A DNA stretch of 64,000 bases from Vicinamibacteria bacterium (GCA_965199715.1 OZ241322.1:320001-384000); one strand, 5' to 3'. Shown: positions 28,569 to 38,073, counted from the first letter of the stretch. A program made the numbers and translations. Notes: generated by a model not told the origin, from the sequence alone.

Positions 28569-30161
28569 TCATTCCACCCGTCCCTCCAGAAACCAGTCGC
28601 GCCGCTCTCGGTCGTAGAACACCCAGCAGGTCTCGCCGGTCTTCAGGGAGGCGAAGTAGTAGTCCCGGACGACCGGCCTGCCGGAGAGCCGCCGCCACCA
28701 TCCCCCGGAAATCCGGTAGGGGCCGACCGCCGAGACCACCGAACCGTGCTCCACGCCCCGGAGCAGCCAGCCGTCCGGCTCCGCCGAGTCCCGGTGGGGC
28801 AGGGCGAGCGGCTCGTCGTAGATCCGCCGGACGATCGCCGGGGCTCCGGGCAGCCGCCCGCCGTCCCCGCCCTCCATGAGGATCGGTTCGGAGGCGGGCT
28901 TCGGCGCGGCGGGCCGGGACCGGGGAAACGCCCGATCCGCCGGAACCGGCCGGCAGCGGTACCGCTCGGCCGGCAGCCAGCCGTCGCGCTTCTCGATCCG
29001 GAACAGGCAGCTCTCGCCGAACTCGGCCTGGACCCGGGCGAGCCCGCCCGCCGCGAGCTTCCGTTGGCGCGGAGAGGTTCCGAACAGCCCGGCCTGCTCG
29101 GAGAGCGCCGCCCCGCCGTGCGCGCGGAGGACTAGGCAGGCGACGCGGCCGCCGCCCTGGGCCAGCTCGCGGTCGAACCGGAGGCGCAGCAGGGAGAGGA
29201 TCCGGACCGCGTCCGCCGAGGGCTCCGCCGGAACCACCTCGCCTTCCCGGCGGCCGTCCTCCTCGTCGTCGATCCGGTAGGCGAGCTTCCGGAGCGCGAG
29301 GCCCCGATGGCCCAGATCGGCCAGCAGTCCGTCCACGAGCCGCTTGACCTGGAAGAGCAGCCGCTCGCCGTCCGACTCCGGCGGCTCGAAGTCCATGCGC
29401 CGCTCGAGCGGCCGCTCGGGGCGGAAGACGTCGCCGGCCATCGTCTCGACGGCGCCCGAGGCCAGGCGATGCAGCTGGGCGATCTCGACCCCGAACCGGT
29501 TCCGGAGCCCGCCGGCCGGCTGCCGGAGCAGATCCCCGAGGGAGCGGACGCCGAGCCGGTCGAGGGCGGCGAGCGTCGGGGCGGGCAGGCCGAAGGAGAC
29601 GAGCGGAGTCCGGCCCGCCGCCTCGCGCTCCTTCTCCAGGTCGGGGAAGACCCGCATCCCGAAGGACGCGCGGGCGGCGGCGAAAGAGCCGAACCGGGTG
29701 AATCCCACCGTCACCGAGGCCTGGAACCCCCGCTCGGCCAGGTCCTCGCGGATGGCGGCGCCCCATTCGGAGGGCGACCCGAAAAGCGTCGAGAGGCCGG
29801 AGGCCACCAGCCAGAAGGTCCCCGACGCGCCGCGGCCGTCCAGAAGCGGAGCGAGCGCGTCGGCCAGCTCGACCTGCGGGCTCCATCGCCGCAACCGGGA
29901 CGCGACCGCTTCGGCCTCCTTGCGGACTTCCGGCTCGGAAACCCAGCCGGCGCGCAGGTCGGGGCAGACCGCGGCGGCCGTGGGGTGGCGCATGCCGACG
30001 CGCACGCCCTGACGGATCGCGGCGCGGTTCGCCGAGGCGATCCGGGCGAGGGCGCCGTCCTCGGTCAGCGACGCCGCCGGACCGTCCCGCCAGTCCGGAC
30101 GGCTCCGCAGCAGGATCTGCAGCGGAAACGCCGGCAGGTCAACGCAGGCCGTTCGGCTCAC
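28569..30161 (-). CDS. imuB: ImuB, catalytically inactive Y-family polymerase
   Basis: Y-family N terminus (GVRVGM...A.AVCP), QAGLF clamp-binding-like motif, C-terminal GGWW..RDYY; lies between imuA and dnaE2. Confidence 0.88.
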   Translation of the reverse strand: MSRTACVDLPAFPLQILLRSRPDWRDGPAASLTEDGALARIASANRAAIRQGVRVGMRHPTAAAVCPDLRAGWVSEPEVRKEAEAVASRLRRWSPQVELADALAPLLDGRGASGTFWLVASGLSTLFGSPSEWGAAIREDLAERGFQASVTVGFTRFGSFAAARASFGMRVFPDLEKEREAAGRTPLVSFGLPAPTLAALDRLGVRSLGDLLRQPAGGLRNRFGVEIAQLHRLASGAVETMAGDVFRPERPLERRMDFEPPESDGERLLFQVKRLVDGLLADLGHRGLALRKLAYRIDDEEDGRREGEVVPAEPSADAVRILSLLRLRFDRELAQGGGRVACLVLRAHGGAALSEQAGLFGTSPRQRKLAAGGLARVQAEFGESCLFRIEKRDGWLPAERYRCRPVPADRAFPRSRPAAPKPASEPILMEGGDGGRLPGAPAIVRRIYDEPLALPHRDSAEPDGWLLRGVEHGSVVSAVGPYRISGGWWRRLSGRPVVRDYYFASLKTGETCWVFYDRERRDWFLEGRVE

Positions 30162-30882
30162 GACAGACTCCCTCGAAGCGGAACCCCGGGGGCAGGGAGG
30201 CTTCGGAAGATTGGCCCTTGTCCTTGAGGACGGTGACCGCGAGCTCCTTGCCCTGGGGACCCCGTCGGCTCGCGTCGTAGCGCTTCACGATCCTCGGGTC
30301 CAGCGAGGGCATGCCGGAGCCCTTCGCGGTCAGGAGGACCACCGCGTTCCCGTGTCGCCTCGCCAGCGCCGACAGCCGGGCCAGCGGCGGAACCCGCGGC
30401 CGCGACCGCTCCGGGCGACCGCTCCGGAACGGCCGCCGGGCGCCGCCGAGGCGGGGCTGCTCCGCGTCCGCGAGATCCACCACCACCAGCCCGAACGCTC
30501 CGGCATGGGCGAGATGGGTCGCCGCCCGGATCTGGGCTTCGGTCCCCTCCACCCGGACGAGGACGATGCGCTCCGGCGCCGCTCCGGACCGCTCGGCGTC
30601 CGGCGGATAGAAGACGCTCCGGGGAGACCCGACCCAGGCGACGAAGCCGTGCCGCTCCTCGTCCTCCTGGGCTTCGGCGACCAGCCGGAGCGCCGCCGTC
30701 AGCGCGCCCGAAGCCGGCCCGCCCGAGATCTCGACGAGGCATCCGAGAAGCGGCCGCAGCCCGAAGACCGGAGCGGGAAGCCGCTTGCGGGAGAACCCTC
30801 CCGCAGCGGGGGCCGGAAACGGCAGGACCGCCGGAGCGGGCGGTTCCGGTTGGAGCTTTCGCAGGGGCAACATCGCGCTCAC
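30139..30882 (-). CDS. imuA: ImuA, RecA-like accessory protein
   Basis: LVEISG..SG degenerate P-loop, AWV....FYPP, LVVVD; position in the cassette. Confidence 0.82.
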   Translation of the reverse strand: MSAMLPLRKLQPEPPAPAVLPFPAPAAGGFSRKRLPAPVFGLRPLLGCLVEISGGPASGALTAALRLVAEAQEDEERHGFVAWVGSPRSVFYPPDAERSGAAPERIVLVRVEGTEAQIRAATHLAHAGAFGLVVVDLADAEQPRLGGARRPFRSGRPERSRPRVPPLARLSALARRHGNAVVLLTAKGSGMPSLDPRIVKRYDASRRGPQGKELAVTVLKDKGQSSEASLPPGFRFEGVCREPNGLR

Positions 30883-31490
30883 CGAAGGCTGCGGCGCAGC
30901 TCCACGACCCGGCCGAGGATCCGGCAGGAATCCGGGTTGGGTCGGAGGATTTCGAAAGCGGGGTTCTCCGGGCGCAGCTCCACCCCCCCCGCGCTCCGGT
31001 GGAACCGCTTCACCGTGGCCTCTCCCTCCACGAGCGCCACGACCACCTGACCGTTCGCCGGCTCGACGCCGCGCTCCACGACCACCGTGTCGCCGGGGAG
31101 GATGCCGGCCCCCGTCATGCTCTCTCCCCGGACCCGGAGCGCGAGGAAGTCCTCCGGATCCCGGCTTGGGGAAAGTTCGACCGGGAGGAAGCCCTCGGGG
31201 TTCTCGACGGCCTCCTCGAAGCCGCCCGCGGCGACCTCGCCCAGAATGGGAATCGGCTGGGCGGGCACCGCAAGCCGGTCGGGAAGGCGGTAGCCCCGCG
31301 CCCGGCCCGGCTCCCGCAACAGCCTTCCTTCCCGCACCAGCGCGGTCAGGTGCGCCCTTGCGGTCTCCAGGGCGCGAAACCCGAAGTGGTCCCGGATTTC
31401 CCGCAGGGAAGGGGAATCCCCCCGCTGGAGCCGCTGGCGGACGAAGCGGAAGATCCGTTCCCGGGTCTGGCCGGGAGGCGTCTTGGGCAT
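30879..31490 (-). CDS. lexA: LexA repressor
   Basis: HTH PSLREIRDHFG, Ala-Gly cleavage site VAAG, Ser in GESM, Lys in TVKR. ATG at 31490 is preferred as start. Confidence 0.95.
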   Translation of the reverse strand: MPKTPPGQTRERIFRFVRQRLQRGDSPSLREIRDHFGFRALETARAHLTALVREGRLLREPGRARGYRLPDRLAVPAQPIPILGEVAAGGFEEAVENPEGFLPVELSPSRDPEDFLALRVRGESMTGAGILPGDTVVVERGVEPANGQVVVALVEGEATVKRFHRSAGGVELRPENPAFEILRPNPDSCRILGRVVELRRSLR

Positions 31491-31497
31491 GCCCGGA

Positions 31498-31527
31498 ACG
31501 GTAACAGACATTTGTCTGTTATCGCAA
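31498..31527 (-). promoter_or_regulatory. lexA promoter (-35 TTGCGA, 18 nt, -10 TACCGT) containing the perfect palindrome TAACAGACA-N2-TGTCTGTTA (candidate LexA operator)
   Basis: Palindrome at 31502-31521 fills the -35/-10 spacer; the -10 lies 7 nt before the ATG. Confidence 0.75.
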
Positions 31528-31535
31528 ATCCGGGA

Positions 31536-32318
31536 TCAGAAGGGGACCTCGTCCTCCTCGTCGTTCTGCTCCACGCCGCTGCTCCGCTCCGGCGCGTACC
31601 GCGGCGCCGGCTCCGTCCGCCGCAGCTTCTCGTTGAACCCGTCGTCCGCGCGGCCCGAATCCGTGCGCGCCGCCGGCTCCCCGGTGCCGTCGCTTCCCAC
31701 CACGGTCTGCGCGATCGTCTCGGTCGAACGGCGCTCGCTTCCGTCGCGGGCGGTGTACTTGCGGCTCTCGACGTGCCCCACCACGAAGACCCGCTGGCCC
31801 TTGCCCAGCTCCCGCTCCATCCGGTCCGCGAGCGAACCGAAGGCCGTCACCGAATGCCACTCGGTCTCCTCGACCTCGCCGGGGGGCGGGGGCCAGCCCG
31901 AGCTGGTCGCCACTCCCACGCTGGCGCCGGACCGGCCGAACCTGCGGACCTGGCTAATGTTGCCGAGGATGAACGATCGGTTCCGCTGCGGCTCGGCGTC
32001 CTCGACTTCCTGCACGATGTCGGCGAGCACGCCGGTCGCCTGCATCTGCTGTCCCGACCGATTCCGGAACTTGCGCGTCTGGAGGCGGCCCTCGACGTAC
32101 GCGGCGGACCCGGTCTCGAGCCTTTCGGCCGCGGTGATGGCGGCGCCCCTCGCGCAGATGCGGTGGAACGCCGACCGCTCCTGGCTCGAGCCGTCCTCCG
32201 CGGGTTCGAGGGTGACGGTCTTCATCACGAAGCCCACCCGGCGCGCTCCGCCGGAGTCCTTCGTGGTGGGCGGGTCATGCACGATCCCGCGCAGGATGAT
32301 CTTGTTGACGTCTCTCAC
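31536..32318 (-). CDS. ssb: Single-stranded DNA-binding protein with two OB folds and acidic tail (EDEVPF)
   Basis: OB1 VNKIILRG..FHRI..YVEGRLQTRKF; OB2 NRSFILGN..TEWHSVTAFG.LA..GKGQRVFVVGHVESRKY. GTG start overlaps the upstream stop. Confidence 0.88.
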   Translation of the reverse strand: MRDVNKIILRGIVHDPPTTKDSGGARRVGFVMKTVTLEPAEDGSSQERSAFHRICARGAAITAAERLETGSAAYVEGRLQTRKFRNRSGQQMQATGVLADIVQEVEDAEPQRNRSFILGNISQVRRFGRSGASVGVATSSGWPPPPGEVEETEWHSVTAFGSLADRMERELGKGQRVFVVGHVESRKYTARDGSERRSTETIAQTVVGSDGTGEPAARTDSGRADDGFNEKLRRTEPAPRYAPERSSGVEQNDEEDEVPF

Positions 32319-33064
32319 AGCCACTCGTCCTCCATGCCGCCGTCGTCCTCGCGGGACGGGCCGGTCATCTCCTCGGGCTCGTCGGGCTCGGACGGCGCTT
32401 CCCCGTTCCCGTTCGCGAGGATCGTCCGGACGACGGTCTCGGTGGCGCGGCGATCCTCGCCCTCCCGGTCGGTGTACTTGCGCGTGCGGACGTAGCCGAG
32501 CGCGAAGATCCGCTCGCCCTTCTGCGTCGTCCGGTCCATCTCTTTCGCGAGATCGCCGAATGCGGCGACCTCATAGAACGCCGCCTCCTCGTAGTCCTCG
32601 AATCCGCCGCCGACCTTCCGGAACCGCTTCTCGTCCACGGCGACCCGCACCCCCGCCGCGATGAGCGAGTCGCTCTCCCGGAGCTTTTGCTTGCGGTCCA
32701 CCGAACCGAGCAGGATCGAATGGTTCAGGTGCGGGTCGGCGCTCCGGACGGCGCGAAGGACCCTCGCGCGCACCTCGGTGGCCTCGGCTTCCTGCCCCTC
32801 CCGATTCGTGTAGCTGCGGGTGCGGAGCTCGCCCTCCACGTAGACCGGACTGTCCTCGTCGAGCCCCTCGGCCACGTCGGCGTTCTTGCCCCGCGCCGAG
32901 ACGCGGTGCCAAGCCTTCTGGTCGCGCTCGCCGCCGTCGGAGTCCGCTTCCGAGGTCACGGTGTGGACGTTGATGTTGACGACCTTCGACCCTCCGTCGA
33001 ATTCCCACTTTTTCGGCGGCTCCGAAAGGACTCCGCGCAGGATGACCTTGTTCAGGTCCTTCAT
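32315..33064 (-). CDS. ssb: Second single-stranded DNA-binding protein with two OB folds and variant acidic tail (EDEWL)
   Basis: OB1 LNKVILRG..WHRV..VYVEGELRTRSY; OB2 LNHSILLG..FYEVAAFG.LA..KGERIFALGYVRTRKY. Confidence 0.85.
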   Translation of the reverse strand: MKDLNKVILRGVLSEPPKKWEFDGGSKVVNINVHTVTSEADSDGGERDQKAWHRVSARGKNADVAEGLDEDSPVYVEGELRTRSYTNREGQEAEATEVRARVLRAVRSADPHLNHSILLGSVDRKQKLRESDSLIAAGVRVAVDEKRFRKVGGGFEDYEEAAFYEVAAFGDLAKEMDRTTQKGERIFALGYVRTRKYTDREGEDRRATETVVRTILANGNGEAPSEPDEPEEMTGPSREDDGGMEDEWL

Positions 33065-33104
33065 GACCAGCGCTCCTTCCCGTCGCCCGAAGGCGGCCGG
33101 GCGA

Positions 33105-33941
33105 TCAGCAGCCGGGTTCCGACGCCGGCAGCCCCGCCAACTGGCGCTCGGCTGCGAGGGCGGCCGGGGTCCCGGCGAATACCTCCAATATGTCCTCGTA
33201 GATCTCCCGGGCGTCCTCTTGGTTGCCCAGTCGCTCCAGGATGTACCCCTTCTTGTACCAGGCGTCGGGCACTTGGTCGCTGTCGGGGAAGTCCTCGATG
33301 AGTGTCTCGAACTGCGAGAGCGCGTCCTCGAGTCGTTCCTCGGCGAGCATCGACTCGCCGAGGAAGTACACGGCGTTGTCCGCCAACTCGCCCCCGATCT
33401 CGATCACGTGCTCGAAGCCGGAGACCGCGAGCGCGTACCGTCCTTGCAGATAGTCGGCGCGAGCCTCCAAGAAAAGATCCGAGACCCCCGGCCCTTCCAG
33501 CACCTCGGCCTCGGGCGCCGCGTCCTCGTCTTCGGCCGCCGGGTCGGGGCCGGCGGTCGCCTCCTCTTCGGTTCCCGGCGTCTCGACGGGAAGGAGCGCC
33601 GCGCTGCGGAGCTCGCGCAGCTCCTCGACCTCGGCCATCAGGTCTGATAGCCGCTGGTTGTTCTGGCTGATCGACTCCCGAATGACGTCGACGTTCCGGT
33701 CGAGGCGGGAGATCGTGTTCGAGCTCTCGGCGCGCGCCCGCCGGTTCGCCTCGAGCTCCTGGTCCAGTTCGGCGCGCAGTCCGGTGATCTCTTCGGCGAG
33801 CGTTCCCTGCGCCTCGATGAGGTCCGCGAGCTGCGTCTGGATCTGACGGATCTCGGCGATGATGCGGTCCTGGTCGCGCTGCGCGCCGAACGCCGGAGCG
33901 ACGCCGACGAGGAGGATCGCCGGAAGGACGAGCCGGATCAC
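33105..33941 (-). CDS. cpoB: Cell division coordinator CpoB (YbgF)
   Basis: Signal peptide, coiled coil, C-terminal TPR (LADNAVYFLGE..DAWYKKG); downstream of pal. Confidence 0.88.
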   Translation of the reverse strand: MIRLVLPAILLVGVAPAFGAQRDQDRIIAEIRQIQTQLADLIEAQGTLAEEITGLRAELDQELEANRRARAESSNTISRLDRNVDVIRESISQNNQRLSDLMAEVEELRELRSAALLPVETPGTEEEATAGPDPAAEDEDAAPEAEVLEGPGVSDLFLEARADYLQGRYALAVSGFEHVIEIGGELADNAVYFLGESMLAEERLEDALSQFETLIEDFPDSDQVPDAWYKKGYILERLGNQEDAREIYEDILEVFAGTPAALAAERQLAGLPASEPGC

Positions 33942-34555
33942 TTGGCCACGACCACGAAGTGGGCCCTGCGGTTGCGCCGCCACGCCTGCTCGTTGCGCGC
34001 CGGATCGAGCGGGACTTCCTTCCCGAAGCTGATCGTGCGCAGCCGGTTCGACGCGATGTCCAACTGCGCCAGGAAGTCGCGGACGCTCCGGGCGCGCAGG
34101 TCGCCGAGCGCGAGGTTGTACTCCACCGTGCCGCGTTCATCGCAGTGCCCCTCGATCTGCACCGAGACGGCGCCGTGGCGGCGCAGCCATTCGGCGTGCC
34201 GGGTCAGGATCGCCTGCGCCTCGGCCGAGAGGTCCGCGCTGTCGTAGTTGAAGTGCACGTCCTCGAGCGGCGCCAGCGCGTTCAGCTCGGCGAGGGTCAT
34301 CGAGGCGACGTCGAGCGATTCGGAGCGGACCGAGGACTCGGGCGCGCGGGCGAGGATCTCGTCGTCGGTGAGCCCGCCGGCGGACGCGGCGCCCCGGGCG
34401 TCCGCCGCGGCCGGAGCCGATTCCGCGGTCTCCTCCGTCGCGTCCATCACGGCGTCGGCGGGAACGCCCGCGGTCGCCGGGGCGCGCCCCGAGCTCCCGC
34501 AGCCGCCGAGCAGAAGAAGAACGCCCGCGCTGGCCAGAAGACGAGAGAGAGACAT
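33938..34555 (-). CDS. pal: Peptidoglycan-associated lipoprotein Pal
   Basis: Lipobox LGGC; IEGHCDERGTVEYNLALG; NRRAHF. Confidence 0.96.
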   Translation of the reverse strand: MSLSRLLASAGVLLLLGGCGSSGRAPATAGVPADAVMDATEETAESAPAAADARGAASAGGLTDDEILARAPESSVRSESLDVASMTLAELNALAPLEDVHFNYDSADLSAEAQAILTRHAEWLRRHGAVSVQIEGHCDERGTVEYNLALGDLRARSVRDFLAQLDIASNRLRTISFGKEVPLDPARNEQAWRRNRRAHFVVVAK

Positions 34556-34568
34556 CACGGGAAAGACC

Positions 34569-35933
34569 TCATTCGGGGCTGGCCGGCGGATTCCCCCAGC
34601 GCGGCGTGGTGTTGCTTCCTTCGCGGGTGAGCTGCCGCAACCCGGAGCCGTCCCGATGCATGGTGAAGATCTGAGCCTCGCCGGTCCGGTCCGACGCGAA
34701 CGCGATGTGGAGGCCGTTCGGCGCCCACGACGGGCTCTCGTTACTGCCGCGGCCGGTCGTGAGCTGCCGCGTCTGCCGCGTCTCGAGGTCATGCACCACG
34801 ATGTCGAACGGGCGGCGCTCGATGCGCGAGGCGTACGCGATCTCGCTGGACTGGCGCGACGGCGACCATGAGGGCGCGTCGTTGTAGGACCCCTCGAACG
34901 AGACGCGCCGGAGGTTCAGGCCGTCCTGGTCCATCACGTAGATCTGCGGGGAGCCGGTCCGGTCCGAGGTGAACGCGAGGGTCCGCCCGTTCGGCGACCA
35001 GGTCGGGGAGACGTCGATGGCGCGGTTGTTGGTGAGCCGCCGCAGCCCGGTTCCGTCCTGCGAGATCACGTAGATCTCCGACTGCCCGTCCCGGCTGGAC
35101 GTGAACGCGATCGTGCTCCCGTCGGGCGACCACGCGGGGGTGAAGGATTGGCTCTCGGCGACGAGCTTCTCGCCGCGCCCCTGGTAGAGGAACGCAAGGT
35201 AGAGGGCGGGGGCGCCCTCCCGATAGGAGATGTAGGCGATCGCGCGCCCCGTCGGAGACCACGTCGGCGTCAGGTTGAGGGATCCGTTGACGGTGACCGG
35301 TCGCTGCGCGTGCCCGTCGTAGTCCATCAGGAAGATCTCCTTGCTTCCGGGCTTCCTGCGGGTCGTCGAGAACGCGAGCCGCGTCTGCGCGACGCCGCGG
35401 TAGCCGCCGGCCTGCATCAGCACGTCGTCCGAAATCCGGTGCGCGAGCTCCCGCGCGGCGTCGGGACCCGCGGTGTAGCGCCGCCCGAACACCCGCTCCC
35501 GGGCGCGCACCGCGTGAAGCCAGACCTCGGCGACGAGGTTCCCGTCCTCCACGTCCACGTGCGCCTCGACGAGGATGTCCGCGCCGACCGAATCCCATTG
35601 GTAGTAATCGACTTCGCCCTCGGTCGCCCGTTCGGCCGCGACGTCGTAGAAGCGCTCGGGTAGCATCCGGTACACGCCGGCGAAGGCGACGTCGTCTCGC
35701 AGCACGCGGGTCATCATCCGGGCCTCGTCGGGAAGGCCGGGCCGCTCCTTGGGCGCGGTCGCGCCGAGCTTGGGGATCGCCATGCGAACCGGGGTACCCG
35801 GACGGGTGATGTCCAGATACCAGTCGCCGGCGACGGGCTGCTGGGCGGCGGGTCCGGCTCCGAGCGTCGCGAGGAAGGCGAGGCTCGAAACCGCCGCCGC
35901 GACGAGGACCGGGGCGAACGGGCGCATCCTCAC
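34569..35933 (-). CDS. tolB: Tol-Pal beta-propeller protein TolB
   Basis: AHRISD; repeated PxWSPxG PD40 repeats. Confidence 0.94.
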   Translation of the reverse strand: MRMRPFAPVLVAAAVSSLAFLATLGAGPAAQQPVAGDWYLDITRPGTPVRMAIPKLGATAPKERPGLPDEARMMTRVLRDDVAFAGVYRMLPERFYDVAAERATEGEVDYYQWDSVGADILVEAHVDVEDGNLVAEVWLHAVRARERVFGRRYTAGPDAARELAHRISDDVLMQAGGYRGVAQTRLAFSTTRRKPGSKEIFLMDYDGHAQRPVTVNGSLNLTPTWSPTGRAIAYISYREGAPALYLAFLYQGRGEKLVAESQSFTPAWSPDGSTIAFTSSRDGQSEIYVISQDGTGLRRLTNNRAIDVSPTWSPNGRTLAFTSDRTGSPQIYVMDQDGLNLRRVSFEGSYNDAPSWSPSRQSSEIAYASRIERRPFDIVVHDLETRQTRQLTTGRGSNESPSWAPNGLHIAFASDRTGEAQIFTMHRDGSGLRQLTREGSNTTPRWGNPPASPE

Positions 35934-36790
35934 GCTCCGGCCCTTCCTTCGTAGGTGAACAGCAGGTGGACCCCGACCTGGTCCCGGGGATAGCTGTCGG
36001 GAAGCTGGGGGAACGGCTCGCCGAGGATCACGGCGCGCAGCGCGGCCCGATCGAGGAGGTTCTGGCCGCTCGACTCCTCGATATCGGCCGCCGAGATCGA
36101 GCCGTCGCGGTGGATCGTGAAGCGCACCACGACCCGCGCCTCGCCCCGCACCGGGATCTGCTGCCAGTTGGCCTGGATGCGGGCGATCATCTGACGCTGG
36201 TAATAGGCGTACTCGAAGTCCTGGTCGAACATCGAGCCGCCGGGGATCCCGCCGAGGCCGATTCCGCCCCGGCCGGAACCGCTGGACGCGCTGCTGGACC
36301 GGTTCCTCGAGGGTCGGGAACTCGTGTCCACCGGGCGGCGCGACGCCACCCGCCCGGCGGCCGCCGAGGCGGCGTCGCGCCCCCGCAGCCCCGAATCCGG
36401 CTGCGACGGGCGCGGCTCGTTGCGGCGCGCCCGGGCCTCGGGGGTCGGCATCCGCTCGCGCGTCTCGGCGGTGGGGCGCACGACTTCGGGACGGGCCTCG
36501 GGTTCGGGGGGCGGAGGCTCGGGGGCGGGGGGTTCGGGCTTCGGCTCCGGCGGCTCGGGTTCGGGAGCGGGGGGTTCGGGAGCCGGGGAAGAGGCGCCGA
36601 GGCTCGGCGTGGGCGAGGGGCCCGACATCCCGAGCTCGACGAACGTCGCGGAGGGAAGCGGCATGGCCGGTCCGGAATCCGCGGCGTACACGACGGCGAC
36701 CAGCCCGAGAGCGCCGAAATGGGCGGCTCCCGACCAGACGAGATTCCGCCGGAAGCTGTCTGCGGCGGTCTTCGGACGCTCAGCGGCCAC
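35930..36790 (-). CDS. tolA: TolA/TonB family energy transducer
   Basis: TM with His (AAHFG), Pro-Glu-rich linker, C-terminal SSG...LDRAALRAV...FPQLP. Confidence 0.8.
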   Translation of the reverse strand: MAAERPKTAADSFRRNLVWSGAAHFGALGLVAVVYAADSGPAMPLPSATFVELGMSGPSPTPSLGASSPAPEPPAPEPEPPEPKPEPPAPEPPPPEPEARPEVVRPTAETRERMPTPEARARRNEPRPSQPDSGLRGRDAASAAAGRVASRRPVDTSSRPSRNRSSSASSGSGRGGIGLGGIPGGSMFDQDFEYAYYQRQMIARIQANWQQIPVRGEARVVVRFTIHRDGSISAADIEESSGQNLLDRAALRAVILGEPFPQLPDSYPRDQVGVHLLFTYEGRAGA

Positions 36791-37262
36791 CCTGTTCTCC
36801 GGGATACGCGTACACGAGACCGACGCGATCGAAACCTGCCCGCTTCATCGTGTCGACGACCTCGATGACCCTTCCGTATTGTAGCGAGACGTCCCCTTGC
36901 AAATACCCCTCGCGGGCCCCCTCGAGCTGGACCATCTCGCGCAGTCGCTCCTCGAGCAGGATCGGGTTCACGGCGTCGTCGCCCACGTAGGTGCGGCCCT
37001 CGGAATCGACGGTCACCATGATCCGTTCGGTGGATTCCGCCGACTTCATGCGGGCGGTGGGAAGGCTTACGTCGAGGGATCGGACGAGTAGCGGCGCGGT
37101 GACCATGAAGATGATGAGAAGGACCAGCACCACGTCCACGAAGGGCGTCACGTTGATCTCGGAGAGCGCCGAAGCGCCCCGGGCCGAGCGCCGCGCCTTC
37201 AGCCTCGCAAGCGGCGAGCCGCCGCCGGAGCCGCCCCCTTCCGACGCCGTCTTCATGCCCAT
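36780..37262 (-). CDS. tolR: TolR/ExbD family protein
   Basis: EINVTPFVDVVLVLLIIFMVTAP. Confidence 0.92.
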   Translation of the reverse strand: MGMKTASEGGGSGGGSPLARLKARRSARGASALSEINVTPFVDVVLVLLIIFMVTAPLLVRSLDVSLPTARMKSAESTERIMVTVDSEGRTYVGDDAVNPILLEERLREMVQLEGAREGYLQGDVSLQYGRVIEVVDTMKRAGFDRVGLVYAYPGEQGGR

Positions 37263-37266
37263 GGGA

Positions 37267-38073
37267 TCAAGCCTCGGCGAAGCGCTCGAGCCGAGCGGTG
37301 AGCTCCAGCGAGAACTCGTCCATGTCGGTCTCGATGCGCCGCAGCCGGGCGAGAAACGCGTTGTACGCGATCACCGCCGGAATCGCCGCCCCCAGCCCGG
37401 CCGCGGTCGCGATAAGGGCCTCGGAGACGCCCGGAGCCACCACGCTGATGTTCGCCGCCTGGGTGAAGCCGATGTCCTGGAACGCGTTCATGATCCCCCA
37501 CACCGTGCCCAGCAGGCCGATGAATGGGGTGGCGCCGCCGGTGGTGGCGAGGAACACCAGCCGCTGCTCCAGCCGCCGGCCCTCCCTCGAGGAGGCGAGC
37601 GCCATCGAGCGGGCGACCGCCTCCATGTTGCTCACGACCAGCGTCTCGCTGCCGCGCGCCCGGGATTGCTGGACGACTTCCTCCTGGCCGGCGAGGAACA
37701 GGCTGGACAGCGGGCTCGCCCCGTGCTTGCGCGCCGCCATCGAGACCTCGGCCAACTGCTGCGCCCGGCGGAAGTCGGCGAGGAAGGCGGTGGACTCCCG
37801 CTCCGCCCGGCCGAGCTCGCGCGACTTCGAGACGATGATCGCCCACGAGACGAGGCTGAACATGAGCAGCGTCAGGAGAACGAACCAACTGACCGGCCCG
37901 GCCTCGATGATGAGGCCGAGCATGTTGTCGGCGGCGAACACCCCCGACTCGCCCATGTCCGTCGTTTCCACCACCGGCTCGGCGGGGGTCTGATCCTGCC
38001 CGAACGCCGGAAATCCGACTGCCAGGACGAGCGCGGCGGCGAGCGCGCGAACCGCCGCGAAAAAGGGAGACAC
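37267..38073 (-). CDS. tolQ: TolQ/ExbB family proton channel
   Basis: TPFIGLLGTVWGIM, VVAPGVSEALIATAAGL. GTG start at 38073 lies 8 nt after TACAAT. Confidence 0.92.
   Translation of the reverse strand: MSPFFAAVRALAAALVLAVGFPAFGQDQTPAEPVVETTDMGESGVFAADNMLGLIIEAGPVSWFVLLTLLMFSLVSWAIIVSKSRELGRAERESTAFLADFRRAQQLAEVSMAARKHGASPLSSLFLAGQEEVVQQSRARGSETLVVSNMEAVARSMALASSREGRRLEQRLVFLATTGGATPFIGLLGTVWGIMNAFQDIGFTQAANISVVAPGVSEALIATAAGLGAAIPAVIAYNAFLARLRRIETDMDEFSLELTARLERFAEA

Noticed and set aside
36500-36600. Short repeats (GGTTCGGG/GGCTCGGG) in tolA, and similar ones at 7660-7830 and 45545-45635
   Set aside because: They encode Pro-Glu linkers; not CRISPR or mobile repeats.
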